A DNA stretch of 64,000 nt from Bugula neritina (GCA_964035545.1 OZ037765.1:34744080-34808079); one strand, 5' to 3'; shown: positions 38,601 through 50,530, counted from the stretch's first letter. Numbers and translations are program-made. The notes: a model not told the origin generated them from the sequence alone.

Positions 38601-39165
38601 ATTACTAGATAGTATATATTACACATATACTATAATATTACTAGATAATATATATTACACATATACTATAATATTACTAGATAATATATATTACACATAT
38701 ACTATAATATTACTAGATAATATATATTACACATATACTATAATATTACTAGATAATATATATAACACATATACTATAATATTACCTAGATAGTAGAGAT
38801 TATTACCATGTCACAATATAAGTAATAGTACTAAAGAGATTTAGTCTTAAATATAGTCCAACACTCAATATTAGCAGTTCAGTTACTATCAAATTGATTG
38901 AATGTTTCCTGATAGAAAGGCTAAGAGTAAATAAAGTTGTAAAGTCAAAGTAAATTAATTTAATTAAATTAAAGTAAATTAAGTCAGGGAGAGGAAATCT
39001 AAATAGTGAAATAAAATAATGTTAATACAAACAAAATCAATAACCAATTAGAATATATCATAGATTAGAAAATAAAAATTATATATATAAAACTATAAAT
39101 AAATCTAGATTATAATAGAATATCTAATATATTCAACTTCTCAGTGTTTACCTGTTGGAAGACAT
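8884..39165 (-). CDS. CC2D2A: Coiled-coil and C2 domain-containing protein 2A (MKS6, ciliary transition zone); 31 coding exons in the window, 3' exons lie before base 1
   Basis: Exons: 39152-39165, 38381-38483, 34916-34966, 34547-34621, 33970-34165, 32497-32573, 31556-31759, 31226-31414, 30985-31039, 29024-29137, 27786-27928, 27512-27634, 24544-24753, 23351-23407, 23027-23106, 21108-21248, 20156-20312, 19455-19732, 18338-18430, 17676-17760, 17391-17547, 16742-16892, 16215-16353, 15246-15452, 14905-15086, 14505-14705, 14068-14181, 13063-13258, 12762-12932, 11300-11500, 8884-8973. Total 4254 nt, one continuous frame, GT-AG introns. Recognised CC2D2A motifs: [81 protein letters not shown]2 domain [31 protein letters not shown]. 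The first ~7 exons are poorly conserved and less certain. Confidence 0.93.
8990..11076. repeat. 30-bp minisatellite (taggtattatattgtagtatattacatata), ~2.1 kb
   Basis: Direct reading; ends about 15 nt from the acceptor at 8974. Confidence 0.95.
11567..11701. repeat. 13-bp array (ctagtaggggcta) with internal orientation switches
   Basis: Forward units, then reverse-complement units (ctagtagccccta), then forward again. Confidence 0.9.
12074..12200. repeat. 29-bp tandem repeat (agagtgtaaagtcagctgacagcccttag), ~4 copies
   Basis: Direct reading. Confidence 0.85.
12393..12678. repeat. Degenerate agagtagatatac array
   Basis: Direct reading. Confidence 0.85.
13262..13535. repeat. ~15-bp cagtatagtaataca array abutting the acceptor at 13259
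   Basis: Direct reading. Confidence 0.85.
13759..14043. repeat. 23-bp minisatellite (gaagtgggcgggtacaatgtgta), ~12 copies
   Basis: Direct reading. Confidence 0.92.
15116..15238. repeat. 10-bp array (aatatactag/aatacactag)
   Basis: Direct reading; fills most of intron 15087-15245. Confidence 0.88.
15472..16198. repeat. Degenerate tatatataatacagagtatagag array filling intron 15453-16214
   Basis: Direct reading. Confidence 0.88.
16896..17370. repeat. Degenerate tatattacag array with embedded (TA)n
   Basis: Direct reading. Confidence 0.85.
17560..17686 (-). repeat. 45-bp tandem repeat containing the exon end and donor (CTACATCCAG|GTATTTAC), 3 donor copies
   Basis: Direct reading; makes up almost the whole 128-nt intron. 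Confidence 0.9.
19009..19448. repeat. 21-bp minisatellite (agtcacagtagtagagtatag), ~21 copies
   Basis: Direct reading; starts right after the donor GTGAGT at 19454. Confidence 0.93.
19744..20033. repeat. ~16-bp gtatatagcatagcat array abutting the acceptor at 19733
   Basis: Direct reading. Confidence 0.88.
20343..20488. repeat. G-rich degenerate gtgtaggggg/gtgtaagga array
   Basis: Direct reading. Confidence 0.75.
20902..21116 (-). repeat. 22-bp tandem repeat containing the exon end and donor (CTTTACCAA|GTATGAC), 10 copies including the real one
   Basis: Direct reading. Confidence 0.9.
23803..23975. repeat. 24-bp minisatellite (cagtgtactggtagagagaagaga), ~7 copies
   Basis: Direct reading. 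Confidence 0.9.
25568..25746. repeat. 28-bp minisatellite (gtatattcttatatataacctacagtgt), ~6 copies
   Basis: Direct reading. Confidence 0.88.
26205..26439. repeat. 21-bp minisatellite (ctacactctatactatacagt)
   Basis: Direct reading. Confidence 0.88.
26744..27010. repeat. Degenerate tatagag array with higher-order duplication
   Basis: Direct reading. Confidence 0.8.
27377..27529 (-). repeat. 28-bp tandem repeat containing the exon end and donor (TTCTACAGGAAG|GTGTGT), 5 donor copies including the real one
   Basis: Direct reading. Confidence 0.9.
27646..27752. repeat. 45-bp tandem duplication (~2.3 copies) filling most of intron 27635-27785
   Basis: agtgtgaccattcagtaccacaccwaggtggctacaggatatagt. 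Confidence 0.8.
28449..28658. repeat. 26-bp minisatellite (cttctagtaaccctgcgtctgttaga), 8 copies
   Basis: Direct reading. Confidence 0.92.
29817..30165. repeat. 15-bp minisatellite (tatatctacactata)
   Basis: Direct reading. Confidence 0.9.
30513..30993 (-). repeat. 25/21-bp tandem repeat containing the exon end and donor (TACCTAAAG|GTAAGT), 20 copies including the real one
   Basis: Counted 20 occurrences of acctttaggt on the plus strand; the last is the authentic exon 30985-31039 boundary. Confidence 0.93.
32592..32903. repeat. 31-bp minisatellite (agtttcactttgactgagtgatagaaagtgt), ~10 copies, next to the acceptor at 32574
   Basis: Direct reading; sequence drifts gradually along the array. 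Confidence 0.9.
33449..33776. repeat. 46-bp minisatellite (caaatagtgcagacttagtcacactaatatagatgagataggacat), 7 copies
   Basis: Direct reading. Confidence 0.92.
34792..34911. repeat. 12-bp array (actgacactata) starting at the donor at 34915
   Basis: Direct reading. Confidence 0.8.
36563..37250. repeat. Two adjacent minisatellites: ~49-bp x4 (36563-36758) and 30-bp x~13 (36870-37250)
   Basis: Direct reading. Confidence 0.88.
37836..38165. repeat. ~19-bp tatattattatatactgta array
   Basis: Direct reading. Confidence 0.85.
38512..38785. repeat. 36-bp minisatellite (acacatatactataatattactagataatatatatt)
   Basis: Direct reading. Confidence 0.9.
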
Positions 39166-40360
39166 GATGATGTGATGACTCAGTGACTAGACTCAGCGAC
39201 TCAGTAACTCAGTAAGTGGACTCAGTGACTCAGTAAGTAGACTCAGTGACTCAGTAACTTAGTAAGTGGACTTAGTGACTCAGTAACTCAGTGACTGAGT
39301 GATTGACTCAGTGACAGATATACCTACAGTAGAGTCAGATATCTCACATCCTACCTGTGGAGATATCAACATTCTTAGTTTAGTTTATTGCTACCATATG
39401 TATAGCATAGTTTATTGCTACCATGCTACCACAACAACTACTACCACTATTGCTACCATGCTACCACAACAACTACTACCACTAGTGCTACCATGCTACT
39501 AATCAAACTAAATAAAATAGGAAAACGGACTTATAGTGGCATAGTTGCAGCTGATAAAACCTTTCTGTTGAGAAGTTGCAGGTTTAACTTGTAACGATAT
39601 ATTTTTCGGCAACAAGCTTCAGGTTCAAACAAGTTAATGTTATGTATTTTACTTTGCAGAATTTATTCAAATCAACACACTAAACACCATCGGTTTAAAA
39701 GGGTGCCTTTTAAATATTGTGGCTAGACGTGCAAGACACCAGCACTGAAGATGCTATGCATTGTCAACACTGACAGACGCTTGCCTCTCTTTTCAATATA
39801 ACCAGGCTCACTCACTCAGAATACATGTAAAAATGGAAATACAACTAAAACTAAAAGCCACAGTCACTGTCAAAAAATCACACAGCCTTGCGACTTTTCA
39901 AAACGAAAACTCAAAAGGAGACTAACATAAACATGGCCAAGCACGAGTACTAGTAGAAAGTTACCAAAGTGACATGCTAGATGATAAGTGATTACAAAAT
40001 ATATATCAATATAAATATACCTCAGAGCTACTGAGTGAGTCAGCATGAGTATGATATAGATAGTCATTGTGACTGTGCGAGTGTCGTATGTGTACAGTAA
40101 CAGTGTATGCGCGAGTGTCGAAATGAAAATCAAAATGATAATGAAACTCAACCGTCAACGAGTCAGTCTTAGTTTGAATTTACTGATTTAGAAAGAGCCA
40201 CGGTAATTGTATTAGTGTTTCGAAGTATTATTATAAAACTTAGTATCATTTCATAGTGATTAAGTATACCAACTATCCCAAATATGCAAGAAAACTTACA
40301 TTTTAATCAGAGAGTCGTTGAAATTTTGTCAGGCATTCTTTTATGTGGCGCTACAGCGCT

Positions 40361-40393
40361 GTAAACAACACAAAAACATGGCGCCCCAGTAAC
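40361..40393. promoter_or_regulatory. Candidate CC2D2A promoter motifs: forkhead site GTAAACA, YY1-like AACATGGCG and a degenerate X-box
   Basis: GTAAACA at 40361-40367, AACATGGCG at 40375-40383 and GGCGCC-CC-AGTAAC at 40380-40393, about 1.2 kb upstream of the CC2D2A ATG. FoxJ1 and RFX sites are expected at ciliary genes, but these are short motifs. Confidence 0.3.
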
Positions 40394-42754
40394 GATAAAA
40401 TGTTGCTTTACTGAACAAGACCTTTAGGTTATAAATATTTTATAGCGTGGAAAATTTTTTTACAATTTTTATTTTTTTATTTTATAACCAGTAGTTGATA
40501 TACAAAATTCGATTAGGAATTGTCCCTTCAATCAGTTTTGGGAATCTACAGAATTATTAATTGCTTTTGCTGATTTTATTTAGGCAAAAAGCGATTGCGT
40601 AATGCTATGTCTACATATTTTTTCAATAGCTATGATTCATAAAGGTTTGTAAAATTGTGGCTAAACCAAATCTATCAATTGAAACATATACAATCAATAC
40701 TTAGTATTGCGTATTTGCATTCCAATTACTTAATTTTATGTTTCAAACTACCATTTCACACAATAATAAATTTTGGTAGAGTTTCCAGTCCTAAGTTATG
40801 TAACACTTCCACTTGTTTTGTATGCCCTTTTTCAGGTGGGATGTGTTGATGAGGCCAAAAAGGTTATGCCTGCATGCATAATGATTATACAATAATTCTT
40901 ACTCATACATATCGCATTCTTTAGAGATAAATGCAAATATCAAAAGTTTCAAGTGAATAGTAACTTAAAATATGTTAATATTTTGACCATTAAGTATTGT
41001 CAAATCGGTGCTGTGTATGTCCGTCCCTTATAGATGAATCACCAGTCTGAATTAAACAAACTACATATTATTCAACTTGTTGCTACTCACCTTGACAACA
41101 ATATCTTCAATTTTCAACAAAACAATTTTTTTGTCACCAGTTGAAAATTTTGCATTAATTTCATTCAGTCAACAGTTTTACTTTCGTTTTGTAAATTTTG
41201 GTAATTGTAGCTTCACTCAGCACCTGTTTGTAAACACTTGACCTGAACTTGGGACTCAACACCTTAAATGATTATCTCTCTATTAAAGCTTTTATTCATT
41301 TTATTGCTTTTCACAAATAGGCAAGAAACTTGTTGGAATAAGATATGATTGTGATGTAGCAATTCTAATCAGTATGTTATTGTGAGGTAATATGACTATC
41401 TTATAACCTGAAGAAATGAGGCTCATAAAACCTTGTCTCACTTCTCAACTCTAGTATATCAAAACAGGCTGAAAAGTCAAATGATGAAACCTTGCTTATG
41501 ATGATATTCACCTTAAAGACACATAATAAGCTACTCTAATTTCAAATGGCTCTCAGAACTTAACAATAACACTGAGACTCAAATACTAATAGGAAACTTG
41601 TACTGTTTAAAAGTCTCTCTTCGTGGCATGGTAGCAATTAGCGTACAGAAATGAGTTCATAAGCGTTTGAGTTCATATATTGTTGGTGATGCTGTGGAAA
41701 ACAAAACAAAGGGCACGCTACAATGCCAGCAGTATTGACAGTATTATCTTAGAGATGCTCATTTAGGTCACGTGATTGGTTCAGCCAGTCGTGTGCACGG
41801 TCTACTCAATAATATTATTATATTAGGTAGTGCAGACGGCTAGGTGTTAGCACTGTGTAGCAAACTATCCCCAGTAACACTTAGAGAGAGAGAGAGAGTT
41901 ATATTCTACATTGAGCTAACAAAACTAGTTAAAAAAACCTTTGGACAAACATTTTTATTAAACTGGTAAGATTATGAGAGTATTTTAGTTTTTCATGCAC
42001 TGGCAAGAAATCGAGGGTGTTTTAGTTTTCATTAAACTAGTTGGATTATAAGTTACTTTAGTTGAAGGTGCACTTAGCCCTGAACTCATGCACTGCTGAG
42101 ATGCTTTGTTGAGTGATCACGCATGAGCTGTATGAACTAAACAGCTCCAAGAACTATAAGCCAGTATAAAATTGTTACAGAGCTCTTCTATGACTGGAGA
42201 ATCCTCTTTGCTTTAAACACATAATTAGCATCATTACCAGTGTTTTAAACTGTTAGGAAAATATTTTTCCTACGTATTTAAATAGGATGACCTTTGTAAA
42301 TATTTGTAGATGCTTCTCCTATTATCACAATGATCTTGGTTCATCATGCTATTGTAATGAATTTACCCAACACTGCACCAGAATGTACTTATTTGTACAA
42401 AATAGCAGTTGTGTTGCAAGTTTAGGGAAATACAACTACTTGTTGCTTAGCTATAGTTTCCTATTCTTAATAGGTGTTATTTATGTTTATTTTTGTTGGT
42501 TATTGCAATTATTATGTTATTTGGGAGTAAATGAGGTAACTAAGCTGGGCACATGGCTGCGGCTGATATTAAATTATTTCATTCAATAATTTGACCAATC
42601 AGAGTGAAGCACTCATGTCCAACGCACGTGCTTTTAGCTGCATATAAAGAAGAGACAGACGAACAACGGTTCATGATGTAGTAGCATAGCTGATAGGGTG
42701 CATTTATTTCTCTTGCAGACGAATGCAGTTCCCGTGTAATGAGTGGTTCTGATC

Positions 42755-44824
42755 ATGCGTATCTCAAATTGGACTATATTACTAACGACTTTGACAACTT
42801 TAATCTCTAGTACCTTGTCAAAGAGTATCTCTATCTTGGATATAGACTCCCTAGTTACTACCACACCACCTGCTGATCATATAACTGTAAAAATAGAGGC
42901 TCTGAAAGAAAGAATGAGAAGCCAAATACCAGATCAGCAGCGGAATATATACAACTCCTTGTCTAAATTCAACGCCACTTTAGAAGAGAAGCGGCAGTTG
43001 CTAAGGAAGTACAAAGAGCGACTACAGAGGTTGAATGAAAGACATCAGAGCGTGGATCAAGAAGAACCGATACACAAAAGGGAGATCCACTCTTTTCGGG
43101 CAGCAGCACCAGCTGGTAGGTTTCTTCACCTTTTTATTTTAATTTAAATTATTTACTCTGTTGATATTTACTTTTAGTAGAAAGTGCAACATATGGTAGT
43201 AGCTATAGAAAAATAATATTTGCATAGTAATTAATAGAACCACTCTGCCCACGCAAAAGAAATGATTGAAAATTAAATAATGTATAAGTTTAAATGAGTG
43301 GATACTGTAAGAATATTAAGTTTATATCTGTTGTAATTAGGGCGGAGTAGTAGCACACTTGAGTAGCTAAAGTAGTTGAAGTGCTACAAATATAGCAGCT
43401 AAATATTTGGGATTCTTGTAACCGATAGTTTGAGTTGGATTTCTCCAGGCTGATGACTTGCATCACCCGATACTCCACTTGATACTTAACCCAAAATACT
43501 GAAAGTGTATTCAATGAAAAGAACACAAAATATGTAAAAACAAGGCCAATGTATCCAAGGTTGTTGTCAAAGCAGGTTTTCAAACTGCTAGATATACACA
43601 GCATATTAATGTGTCAAGTCATACAGCAGCATATCCTTGTACAGTTTCATATGTTGACAGTAATTACACAAGTGTTTGCTATAATCTGTAACCTACACTG
43701 ATTAATGAAATTGAAACATTTGTCATGTAATTACAAGTCAAATATATCATATTGAAATAAGCCATTTCTCCTTCTGTGTACAATAGGTAGAGTGACATAA
43801 TGCATTGTTTAGAGGAGTAACCGGCCACTTCATTGGTTTCCTTTGTTATTTTGAGGTGAATAAAAATGTGCACACACCAGCAACCTTGGCTCGTACAATA
43901 CCTCTCATAGGTACAAACCAACCTCACCTGACAATCCTTGCATGTCTGTGGAAATTGCATATTATATCAGCAACCATTGTTGTAACTTGCCACCAGCTGT
44001 TTGCCTCACTAATATTTACATAATCTGTTGCAGGGAACAGTGCAAAAGTTGGAATTTATAAATTTCCGACAGTAAAAATAGCTCAACCAAGAGATTACAC
44101 TAAAGAGTTGAAAGTTCAGTCAGCCATGCTCAGTATACACAGACAGGATGCAGCTTCTCATTTAGACAAACTCAAATTAGACCGGCAGTCAAAGTCGTCG
44201 TCCGAAAGGAATTTAGACTATAATGTAGTTCTCTCAGTTCATCAGACTCTGCCTGGAGGCTATCGTAGACTGGTTACTTCAAAAGTTGTATCCCTTGCCC
44301 GCTCCGGCTGGATTAAGTTAGACGTGACTGACATAGTACAGAGCTGGGTCACCGAGCCCGGCATGAACTACGGCATTGAAGTCGAATGCCCAACCCATAA
44401 CTTGACACAAATATTAACTCCTTTCCAAGAGGGGGACATCAACACACCTACTTTAGATATTGTAATTTATGAAAAAGCTATAGTAACCCAACGACGGCAG
44501 CGTCGAGATGTCTCTCCAGAAGAGTGCAGTTCTGACGGGTGCTGCCGGCGTCCTGTAAATATAAAAGCATCACACATAGGCCTTCCCGACCATATAGTTC
44601 ATGGCGAATATATAGAAGCTTATATTTGCAGTGGAAGCTGTCCTAACAATCATAAACTCCATACCTTCTGGGCAGCAGTTAAGGACAAGCTGAATTATGA
44701 CAAGCATTGTGCTCCAGTGGCGTACAGTCAAACATATACTCACATGTACTATGACGTAGAGCTCGATGACTTGGTGGAAACTGTGTTTAATGATCTAATA
44801 GTATCGCAATGTGCCTGCGTCTAG
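42755..44824 (+). CDS. TGF-beta superfamily ligand precursor (383 aa), divergent, loosely Maverick/GDF15-like, lacking the interchain cysteine
   Basis: Exons 42755-43115 and 44034-44824, joined by a phase-1 GT-AG intron in frame. Hydrophobic signal peptide MRISNWTILLTTLTTLISSTLS; prodomain motifs REIHSF and GWIKLDVTDIVQSW...NYGIEV; furin site RRQRR (44492-44506); cystine-knot pattern C..CC..CSGSC..C..CAC. AATAAA at about 45062. Confidence 0.92.
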
Positions 44825-46165
44825 TCCGTCTCTGTCCTAGTAGTCATCTGTAACGAAGGCTGCTTCTGCCTAATTTTTTCCAATTGCTTTCAGTTCATTC
44901 ATTTTTGTTTTGAGAAAGCTTGAGAAAAAGTCCAAACTCATGTACGCAACTCTCCATTTTGCACCTTTTATGCCAAAGAGTAATCAGGAGACTTTTCAGC
45001 CAATCAGCTTGTCAACTGATTTAATTTTATTTATTATTTTTTATTCTCTACATACCAAATTAATAAAAATGATAAAACACTAAGTTATGTTGCAATCATG
45101 TGTTGGGGAAGTAACTCCTAATTACAACTGAGAGCCAATAGTTTAGCCACAGTTGAATGCTGAGCTGTGAAATTACTAATAAACAAAAACTACATTGTTT
45201 GTGTTCACAATACAGTTAATGATTTCAAGTGAAGAGGGCTATTAGAATGCAGTTAATGAAAACATACAATGTGCTAATAAACCATTAACACTGTGTCTTT
45301 CAATAAGCATGAGGATTCTATTAGTGATTATCAAAAGACACATTTAGTGGAAATTTGCAAGCATCATTGTATGGGATTAGAAATGTTCCACTTGAAACAC
45401 TTAGCCATGCTACACACTCCACACTCTGACAATGAAAGAGAAGATTTACTCTTTCACTTTTAATTACAGCTGCTGCCAAAATCCACTTCATTATTGAATT
45501 TAAGTAAATTTCTGAACAGATTAAATTCCAGTTTCTATTAACAGCTCTATGGGTGGCACTTACTGTAATAGTTGGTATTATATCTTGTGTATCACTAAAA
45601 TATGTTTAATCAAAATATAATTATAACTTTATTTTGTCGTTTGACATTTGCAGTTTTACTGCAAGTTGTGTTTGAAAGCAGACTTAGGTGCAGTTCGTCT
45701 TGCAATCTGAAATCTTTCAATATTATATTTCATTAAGAAACTATCAACACAATACCAAGTCAATATACTGAAAGCTCAACAAGTGTAGCAATTAGCAAAG
45801 GGCACCTTGTGATACGTACAATTCTTCACAAACCCAGCAATCCTTACCAACATCAAAGTGGTTGAGAAGCTGTAAGAGTGGCAGCGGTCTATAATTAGGA
45901 GCAGCACGCAGTATAATATACATGAGTATGTCTATACTCTATACAGTTAAATATAATATAATATAATGTATTATACACATGAATATATATATATGTAGAC
46001 ATAAAACTAACTTCAAAGAATCAAAACTTTAATTCTTGGAAAATATGAGCAACTTTTATCTAATGATATCTTACATGTATAGACATTACATGATGGTGAT
46101 AACATGTGTGGAGGCTGCAATTGATGTGATATTATTATGTGCATTATCATTAGTAGACCAATTTC

Positions 46166-46167
<2 letters not shown>

Positions 46168-46211
<44 letters not shown>

Positions 46212-46217
46212 TATATA

Positions 46218-46287
<70 letters not shown>
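46168..46287. repeat. (TA)n microsatellite
   Basis: Direct reading. Confidence 0.95.
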
Positions 46288-46292
<5 letters not shown>

Positions 46293-47329
46293 CAACACAC
46301 GGGGTGGTGGTAGAAGCATAAAGGCACACACACCATCTACACGAACACAAACAGGTAACAATACAACTCATCAATAATCAATTGTTGAAAATCGGTGTTC
46401 TGCTATTTGATCTGAGTCAATATATATTGACCTTTACCAGTTTCACTAAGGCTATGCTCCCTGGGGGATGCCCACCCTGACCTAGGCTGCCGCTACCCCT
46501 GCTGCTGTCTCACACCCTGGGCATGTGTCAGCCTCTAGGCTATGCTGCCAGAGCCAGCTAGTGACAGGACAGACAACAGGAAATGGAATCATTTATTTAT
46601 CGCAACTCCTTAAAAGGAAGGAAATGATGTTATTAGGTGACATTTCATATACTTACTAAGATATTGTATAGAGGTTTGTATTAAGGTTGCCATGTTGGAT
46701 GTTGTGTGTTCTACCTCTCTGTAAGATTATAGCCCGGGATTCCTACAGAGTCTGGTTACAAATAGACACACAGACAGATAGTGTACAGAGACAACGGATG
46801 CACCCATTTGACTTTGTAGATGAAGAGTGGAATAGACTGGGTGTTGTGTTACCCTTAGAATGAAAGTTGAAATTGTAGTCATAACTTTCCTGAGATGTAG
46901 TCTGAGATGTAGGCTGTTTGTAGTCCTAGTTATCAGTCTGCAAGAAGGTGTGTGCATGCAGATATGTTGTATATTATTTATATAAGCCACCAGGTATTAC
47001 TTTGGGTTACATTCTAATCTAAAACTGGAGAACAAAAATCCTTCGCGTCAAATTTAAGCAAGTGTATACATGCTTAAATATGCTTTTCCATGCTTAAATA
47101 TGCCTATGTGGCTTCTATGAATGTTACATATTATTCCACCAGTAATTAGCTAGACCTTCTGTGAATCAACAGAAAGGTAAAGTTAAGGAAATACTTTGAA
47201 CTACAATTCAGACTTCTCTGCTCATACCTGAATACATTCATAGCATACTGTGGCTTGTCATTTCGTACTCTATTCATATCAGTTACATGCAGCATGTGAC
47301 AAGCTCAGAGTAAACAACTTACTGCTAGA

Positions 47330-47548
47330 CTATTGGCTGAGCTCATGTAAGCACCACTACCATTGGCTGAACATAAATGTAAGCACTGCCACTATAGGCT
47401 AAGCACATGTAAGCACTGTCACTATAGGTTGAGCTGATGCAAGCACTGCTACTATTGGCTGAGCCGATGTAAGCACTGTCACTATTGGTTGAGCTGATGT
47501 AAGAACTGCTACTATTGGTTGAGCACATGTAGGCATCAATGCTATAGG
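47330..47548. repeat. Diverged 30-bp tandem repeat (gtaagcactgctactattggctgagctcat-like), ~7 copies
   Basis: Direct reading; an older, degenerate array. Confidence 0.75.
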
Positions 47549-48555
47549 TTGTAGGACAGTCATTTTGTATTTACAATAACAAGGTGAATCATTTGCTTGT
47601 AAATTAATAATAATGAGTGTGAAATTAATACATTTATGACAAATACAGTTAATTAGTGTATACAATTTAAATTTGTTGCAGGTAATACCTTCAGTGTTTC
47701 ATTGCTTCCTGTGTGCTGTGGATATACACTGCTTTGTGACTAACACTTTGTCATCTAAATATTTGAAGCACTATGAAAGTCTGGTTTATTAATTAAATCT
47801 GACAGCCACCAACACAGCAAATTTTCATTTTACTAAAAGATACCATCAATGTGGCACATACTTGGAAATACAATATTCAGTTTAATGCTAAAAGCACTGC
47901 TGACATCCAGTTTAAAATATAATGTGTGAGTTGAACAAAACTTTTTCATTCAAAGTTGACGAAGGGTATTGAAACCTGGAAGCTTTAATGTCTTAAGAGA
48001 GGGGGCGTGGTTGGTGTTTGTTTAGCACGGTATACGAGAGAAACTAGTATAGGCTAGGGCTCACTTTATACGAAGATCTTTAGTCGTGTCAAAAGGTTAT
48101 CTAGTCAAATTTTTTCTGAACATAAAACTGGTGTAGAAGTTATGGTATAAGCAGACGTGAGTCTTGCCATGTGGAAGATGCCGCACTGGATAAATAGCTC
48201 GTGTAAGGGCACATGTCAAATTGTGGCCATCCTACTCGCCAACATAACTAATTCATCTTCATTAGAATTTGTTAACAAACTACTAAAGTCATGATTGAGT
48301 CATAAACTTAGAGTGCTGATACGGTGGAAATATTTCAATTTGATACTCTATGTCACCTGCGTACTATAGCCTTGTCTCCACAATCAGTTTGATTTATTAG
48401 AGTCTGCAGGTAGTACACAACATAAATAAAATATCTGACATTCCTCTTGAAACCAACACCAACAGTTGCTGCTCTTAAACACCACTGCCAATCACTCCGC
48501 TTCATTTTATGACAAATCTGGCAAAATCAAATTAGTTTTTGTTTGATGCCAAATA

Positions 48556-50530
48556 TGTAGAGACCAAGAGTCAGCGGTGTATTATTGAGACCAAGAGTCA
48601 GCGGTGTATTATTGAGACCAAGAGTCAGCGGTGTATTATAGAGACCAAGAGTCAGCGGTGTATTATAGAGACCAAGAGTCAGCGGTGTATTGTAGAGACC
48701 AAGAGTCAGCGGTGTATTATAGAGACCAAGAGTCAGCGGTGTATTATTGAGACCAAGAGTCAGCGGTGTATTGTAGAGACCAAGAGTCAGCGGTGTATTA
48801 TTGAGACCAAGAGTCAGCGGTGTATTATAGAGACCAAGAGTCAGCGGTGTATTATTGAGACCAAGAGTCAGCGGTGTATTATAGAGACCAAGAGTCAGCG
48901 GTGTATTATTGAGACCAAGAGTCAGCGGTGTATTGTAGAGACCAAGAGTCAGCGGTGTATTATAGAGACCAAGAGTCAGCGGTGTATTATTGAAACCAAG
49001 AGTCAGCGGTGTATTATAGAGACCAAGAGTCAGCGGTGTATTGTAGAGACCAAGAGTCAGCGGTGTATTATTGAGACCAAGAGTCAGCGGTGTATTATAG
49101 AGACCAAGAGTCAGCGGTGTATTATTGAGACCAAGAGTCAGCGGTGTATTATAGAGACCAAGAGTCAGCGGTGTATTATTGAGACCAAGAGTCAGCGGTG
49201 TATTGTAGAGACCAAGAGTCAGCGGTGTATTATAGAGACCAAGAGTCAGCGGTGTATTATTGAGACCAAGAGTCAGCGGTGTATTATAGAGACCAAGAGT
49301 CAGCGGTGTATTATTGAGACCAAGAGTCAGCGGTGTATTATAGAGACCAAGAGTCAGCGGTGTATTATTGAGACCAAGAGTCAGCGGTGTATTATTAAGA
49401 CCAAGAGTCAGCGGTGTATTATTGAGACCAAGAGTCAGCGGTGTATTATTGAGACCAAGAGTCAGCGGTGTATTATTGAGACCAAGAGTCAGCGGTGTAT
49501 TATAGAGACCAAGAGTCAGCGGTGTATTATAGAGACCAAGAGTCAGCGGTGTATTATAGAGACCAAGAGTCAGCGGTGTATTATAGAGACCAAGAGTCAG
49601 CGGTGTATTATAGAGACCAAGAGTCAGCGGTGTATTATTGAGACCAAGAGTCAGCGGTGTATTATAGAGACCAAGAGTCAGCGGTGTATTATTGAGACCA
49701 AGAGTCAGCGGTGTATTATAGAGACCAAGAGTCAGCGGTGTATTATTGAGACCAAGAGTCAGCGGTGTATTGTAGAGACCAAGAGTCAGCGGTGTATTAT
49801 AGAGACCAAGAGTCAGCGGTGTATTATTGAGACCAAGAGTCAGCGGTGTATTATAGAGACCAAGAGTCAGCGGTGTATTATTGAGACCAAGAGTCAGCGG
49901 TGTATTATAGAGACCAAGAGTCAGCGGTGTATTATTGAGACCAAGAGTCAGCGGTGTATTATTAAGACCAAGAGTCAGCGGTGTATTATTGAGACCAAGA
50001 GTCAGCGGTGTATTATTGAGACCAAGAGTCAGCGGTGTATTATTGAGACCAAGAGTCAGCGGTGTATTATAGAGACCAAGAGTCAGCGGTGTATTATAGA
50101 GACCAAGAGTCAGCGGTGTATTATAGAGACCAAGAGTCAGCGGTGTATTGTAGAGACCAAGAGTCAGCGGTGTATTATAGAGACCAAGAGTCAGCGGTGT
50201 ATTATAGAGACCAAGAGTCAGCGGTGTATTGTAGAGACCAAGAGTCAGCGGTGTATTATAGAGACCAAGAGTCAGCGGTGTATTATAGAGACCAAGAGTC
50301 AGCGGTGTATTATAGAGACCAAGAGTCAGCGGTGTATTATAGAGACCAAGAGTCAGCGGTGTATTATAGAGACCAAGAGTCAGCGGTGTATTGTAGAGAC
50401 CAAGAGTCAGCGGTGTATTATAGAGACCAAGAGTCAGCGGTGTATTATAGAGACCAAGAGTCAGCGGTGTATTGTAGAGACCAAGAGTCAGCGGTGTATT
50501 ATAGAGACCAAGAGTCAGCGGTGTATTATT
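48556..50530. repeat. 27-bp minisatellite (agagaccaagagtcagcggtgtattat), ~73 copies
   Basis: Direct reading; near-identical units. Confidence 0.96.

Noticed and set aside
44108-44824. Calling the TGF-beta gene Lefty, Nodal or Maverick by name
   Set aside because: The Cys pattern and motifs are suggestive, but there is no Lefty C-terminal extension and orthology needs a phylogeny; the symbol is left blank.
48556-50530. CRISPR-like appearance of regular 27-46-bp repeats, here and elsewhere
   Set aside because: Units are head-to-tail with no unique spacers, there are no cas genes, and the context is eukaryotic spliced genes.
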